Shown: piece by piece, positions 61,136 through 64,000 of the stretch | How the letters are laid out: each line of letters begins with the position of its first letter | How positions within the stretch are numbered: position 1 is the first letter of the stretch | From: an uncultured Pelagibacteraceae bacterium | GTDB taxonomy: Bacteria; Pseudomonadota; Alphaproteobacteria; Pelagibacterales; AG-422-B15 | Length of the DNA stretch: 64,000 bases | Reading direction: 5' to 3' | Assembly (NCBI GenBank): GCA_902525575.1 | Contig: CABZHU010000001.1 | Span: 117,109 to 181,108, forward strand | Program-made: the position numbers and the translations under genes | Notes under the pieces: model-generated | What the model was told of the DNA's origin: nothing | The model's database searches: none | Seen by the model: only the letters and a program-made list of their open reading frames with translations

Positions 61136-61140
61136 TTTTT

Positions 61141-61821
61141 TTAATTATATCCTTTATTAGCTCTTTTTGTGAGATCATTCATCAGATTCTCCAGCGTTTC
61201 TTTAGTTGACTTAACGTTAGTATTTTTTTTGCCTACTTTAATTGGCTTACCCCAAATTACAGTTATTTCATTAAACGGCTTTGGAATAATGAATTGATCC
61301 CACGTATTTAATTTCCATTTATTTTTAAATCCAATGCCTACAGGTACAATTACTGCATTGCTAAGCTTTGCAATGCTAATGATGCCGTCACTTACTTTAT
61401 GTCTTGGCCCCTTAGGCCCGTCCGGAGAAATGCCAATACAGACATCTCCTTGAAGTGATTTTATCATTTTTCTAGCTGATAAAAGCCCACCTTTATTTTT
61501 TGTTTTATTAGATTTATGAGTTGATCCTCGAATTGCACTAAAACCTAAATGCGAAATGACTTTAGATATTATATCTCCGTCACGATGCTTTGATATAAGT
61601 ACTCTTATAGGTTTTCTATTTTGCCATGTAAGAGGACACATTAAAAGCTGGTCGTGCCAAAAAGAGTAAATAAAAGATTCATCTTTTTTAAATAGACCGT
61701 TAATATTTTTTCGATCTTTAAATTTAACTTTTGAGGACTTTTGCACAAATAAAATATAAAGAGATCCTAAATAAGATATTATATTTTGTGCAACCACTTT
61801 ACTTGCAAGATATTTTATCAT
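61141..61821 (-). CDS. DUF374-like (lysophospholipid acyltransferase superfamily) protein
   Basis: SPDGPKGP motif and its position between msbA and waaA. I prefer the ATG at 61821, 4 nt after the msbA stop, to the overlapping track start at 61899. Confidence 0.7.
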   Translation of the reverse strand: MIKYLASKVVAQNIISYLGSLYILFVQKSSKVKFKDRKNINGLFKKDESFIYSFWHDQLLMCPLTWQNRKPIRVLISKHRDGDIISKVISHLGFSAIRGSTHKSNKTKNKGGLLSARKMIKSLQGDVCIGISPDGPKGPRHKVSDGIISIAKLSNAVIVPVGIGFKNKWKLNTWDQFIIPKPFNEITVIWGKPIKVGKKNTNVKSTKETLENLMNDLTKRANKGYN

Positions 61822-61825
61822 TAAA

Positions 61826-63556
61826 TTAAAATTCGCGTTCGTATAATTTCTTATAGACACCATTCTTTGATAGCAACTCTTCATGAGTGCCACTTTCAAC
61901 TATCTTTCCATCATCTAGAACTATAATTTGATCAGCATTTATTATAGTGCTTAGCCTATGGGCTATTACCAAAGTTGTCCTATCTTTCATTAGTTTCTTT
62001 ATTGCTCCCTGAACAAGGCTTTCTGATTCTGTATCTAAACTTGAAGTTGCCTCATCCAATAATAGTATTGGTGCATTTTTTAAAAAAGCTCTTGCAATTG
62101 AAACTCTTTGTTTTTGGCCTCCTGAGAGACTGTACCCGTTCTCTCCAATTACCGTATCGTATCCATTAGGCAGCTGAGCAATAAATGAGTCAGCAGCAGC
62201 AGATTTTGCAGCACTAATAATTTCTTCTTCGGTAGAGTTAGGTCGGCTGTAAAGAATATTTTCCTTAATCGATATATCAAATAGAATTGGTTCTTGACTG
62301 ACTAAAGCAATCACTGACCTGACTGAAGAAATTGTTAAATCTTTTATATTTTGTCCGTCAATTTTTAGTTCACCTGAGTCGGGATCATAAAATCTTGGTA
62401 TAAGATTTAAAATTGATGATTTACCTGATCCACTTGGTCCTACTAATGCAGTAGTTTTTCCATGAGGAATATTGAGATTAATTTTCTTTAGTGCTGAATT
62501 TGTCTGTCCATCATAAGAGAGAGTAACCTCATGCAAATCAATATTAGATTTATTTAACGATAGATCTCTTGCATCTTTTTTTTCGTTAATTAAGCTTTCT
62601 TGATCTAACAGACCGAATACTCTTATAGCCGCTGCAAAACCTTCTTGAAGAGTTGTATTTATTGAAGCAAGTCTTTTCAGAGGTTGAAATGCCAACATCA
62701 TTGCTCCAAGAAATGATACAAATTCGTTTAATGGCAGTTCTCCTTGAAGTCCCCTCAAACCTGCATAGTATAATGTTCCTGCTATACCAAATCCTGCAAG
62801 AAACTCAGCAAATGGTGACGCGGCCCCACGAGCATTTGCCCCTTTAAGAATTTTTTGAACCCTTCTCCAAACTGAATTACTAAGTTTTTCAATCTCTTTT
62901 TCTTCTTGTTGATAAGCTTTAACAATTCTTGTTCCATCTAAGTTTTCAGAAAGTATGGATGCAAGTACTCCCGTTTCTTCTTGTGTTTCTGTCGAGGCTT
63001 TTTTTACTCTTTTGCCCAATCTTCTCGTCAATACTCCGACTAAAGGGAAAGCTATAATTGCTATAGTTGCTAGTTGCCAGTCTTGGTAATACATAACACC
63101 AAGAAGGCAAATGAGTGTCAGTAAATCCTTAACTCCATTAGCAAGACTGCTACTAACTGCATCTTGAAGTAAAGTAACGTCATACAGAAAATTAGAAATT
63201 ATTTTTGCTGAGTGTATCTTGTGAAGCCAAGATAGATCAGCGTTAATTATTTTTTTGAATAATTTTATTTGTGTGTCTGCGATAATATTTTGAGATACAC
63301 CGTTTAAAAGTATAATTTGGATGTAAGTTGCAACACTTTTAATGAGTAGTGTAATAATTATTGCAATTGGTATTAACAACAACATTGATTCATCTTTATC
63401 AAGAAAAATTTTGTCAATTGCAGGGTCAAGCAGCCAAGCAGTCGCACCTGTTGAAAGGGCTATTATTATCATAAAGAATAATGAGCTAGCTAATCTTGAT
63501 GCGTAAGGTCTTATACTATCTCTGAATAACCTTGCTAATATCTGCGATCCAGTCAT
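61826..63556 (-). CDS. msbA: Lipid A export ABC transporter permease/ATPase MsbA
   Basis: Six-TM N-terminal half, Walker A GPSGSGKSS, signature LSGGQKQR, lipid A operon context. Confidence 0.9.
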   Translation of the reverse strand: MTGSQILARLFRDSIRPYASRLASSLFFMIIIALSTGATAWLLDPAIDKIFLDKDESMLLLIPIAIIITLLIKSVATYIQIILLNGVSQNIIADTQIKLFKKIINADLSWLHKIHSAKIISNFLYDVTLLQDAVSSSLANGVKDLLTLICLLGVMYYQDWQLATIAIIAFPLVGVLTRRLGKRVKKASTETQEETGVLASILSENLDGTRIVKAYQQEEKEIEKLSNSVWRRVQKILKGANARGAASPFAEFLAGFGIAGTLYYAGLRGLQGELPLNEFVSFLGAMMLAFQPLKRLASINTTLQEGFAAAIRVFGLLDQESLINEKKDARDLSLNKSNIDLHEVTLSYDGQTNSALKKINLNIPHGKTTALVGPSGSGKSSILNLIPRFYDPDSGELKIDGQNIKDLTISSVRSVIALVSQEPILFDISIKENILYSRPNSTEEEIISAAKSAAADSFIAQLPNGYDTVIGENGYSLSGGQKQRVSIARAFLKNAPILLLDEATSSLDTESESLVQGAIKKLMKDRTTLVIAHRLSTIINADQIIVLDDGKIVESGTHEELLSKNGVYKKLYEREF

Positions 63557-63621
63557 GAGAGGGTATTCATAATACTATTACAGAAAATTTAAATCTAAAT
63601 ATTGGTTTATGGCTAAAAAGC

Positions 63622-64000
63622 TTATTTTCCTGCTAGTGTCATATTCTCAATTAGAACTGTAGGAGCGTTGGTTCGGTACTTAAACTCAAGATCATTAGCT
63701 GCGGATAAATTTAAAAACATTTCTGTAAGATTTGAAGCTATAGTTACTTCACTTACAGCATGAGTAATCTCGCCATTTTCAATCAGCATGCCACTAGCAC
63801 CCATACTATAATCGCCTGTAACTAAGTTAACACCCATTCCAATGAGTTCATTTGCATAAAAGCCATATTTAATAGATTTGATCATATCATCATAAGACAG
63901 TATTCCATTAGTCATAAAAAAATTTGACGTTGATACACCTGGAGGTGCTCCAACAGACCGTGATGCGTTTCCTGTTGTTTTAAAGTTAAGCTTATTTGCT
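63622..64000 (-). CDS. pmbA: PmbA/TldE-family metalloprotease, C-terminal part (5' end outside the window)
   Basis: The frame is open to the window edge. The C-terminus GMLIENGEITHAVSEVTIASNL...IENMTLAGK resembles the PmbA C-terminus. Confidence 0.85.
   Translation of the reverse strand, partial: ANKLNFKTTGNASRSVGAPPGVSTSNFFMTNGILSYDDMIKSIKYGFYANELIGMGVNLVTGDYSMGASGMLIENGEITHAVSEVTIASNLTEMFLNLSAANDLEFKYRTNAPTVLIENMTLAGK

Overview
This is a visibly AT-rich, very gene-dense chromosomal segment with many 1-17 nt gene overlaps and mostly <100 nt spacers. The gene content is alphaproteobacterial. It carries several alphaproteobacteria-typical conserved unknowns in their usual neighbourhoods: a DUF2948-like gene between murA and hisD, a DUF2093-like gene after xseA, a DUF3035-like lipoprotein after lspA, a DUF374-like gene between msbA and waaA, and a TIGR01459-like HAD gene before ribF. 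Together with the streamlining, this suggests a SAR11/Pelagibacterales-like marine bacterium; that assignment is inference only.

Contents in order:
- A complete urease operon (ureDABCEFG, minus strand) divergent from a complete urea ABC transporter (urtABCDE).
- ptrB, a tRNA-Thr-like gene, sucCD, ggt, a secreted SNase-like nuclease, typA, a DUF3604 protein, a yadGH-like ABC-2 exporter and a beta-carbonic anhydrase.
- A Rieske oxygenase / M20 amidohydrolase / M24 hydrolase trio.
- dcd, murA, hisD, infA, maf, tRNA-Phe and tRNA-His, and an MFS transporter.
- hisS-hisZ-hisG, groESL, an SDR gene, ribF-ileS-lspA, an SbmA/BacA-like protein and a short PGI-like protein.
- rsmD, a pseudouridine synthase, tadA, an ACAD10/11-type acyl-CoA dehydrogenase with its separately encoded kinase partner, purD, xseA and an M23 peptidase.
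- A lipid A/Kdo operon (msbA-DUF374-waaA-lpxK-lpxL) and a partial pmbA.

I see no CRISPR array, transposase, integrase, phage gene or recognisable defence or toxin-antitoxin module. The window looks like core chromosome, and I cannot honestly point to a clear new multi-gene system.

The most interesting signals are small and regulatory:
- An 11-codon His-rich leader ORF (MIVFTHHHIHI) with an abutting hairpin upstream of hisS-hisZ-hisG.
- A tRNA-His that lacks an encoded G-1 and has G1.U72/A73, lying next to that HisRS gene.
- A tRNA-Thr-like gene with a non-canonical T-loop that is absent from the ORF track.
- A near-perfect 16-bp palindrome in the ure/urt divergent promoter region.
- A UrtB permease with a ~370-aa N-terminal extension.
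- Two uncharacterised catabolic gene groups.

All functional calls rest on my recognition of motifs in the supplied translations. No database search was run.
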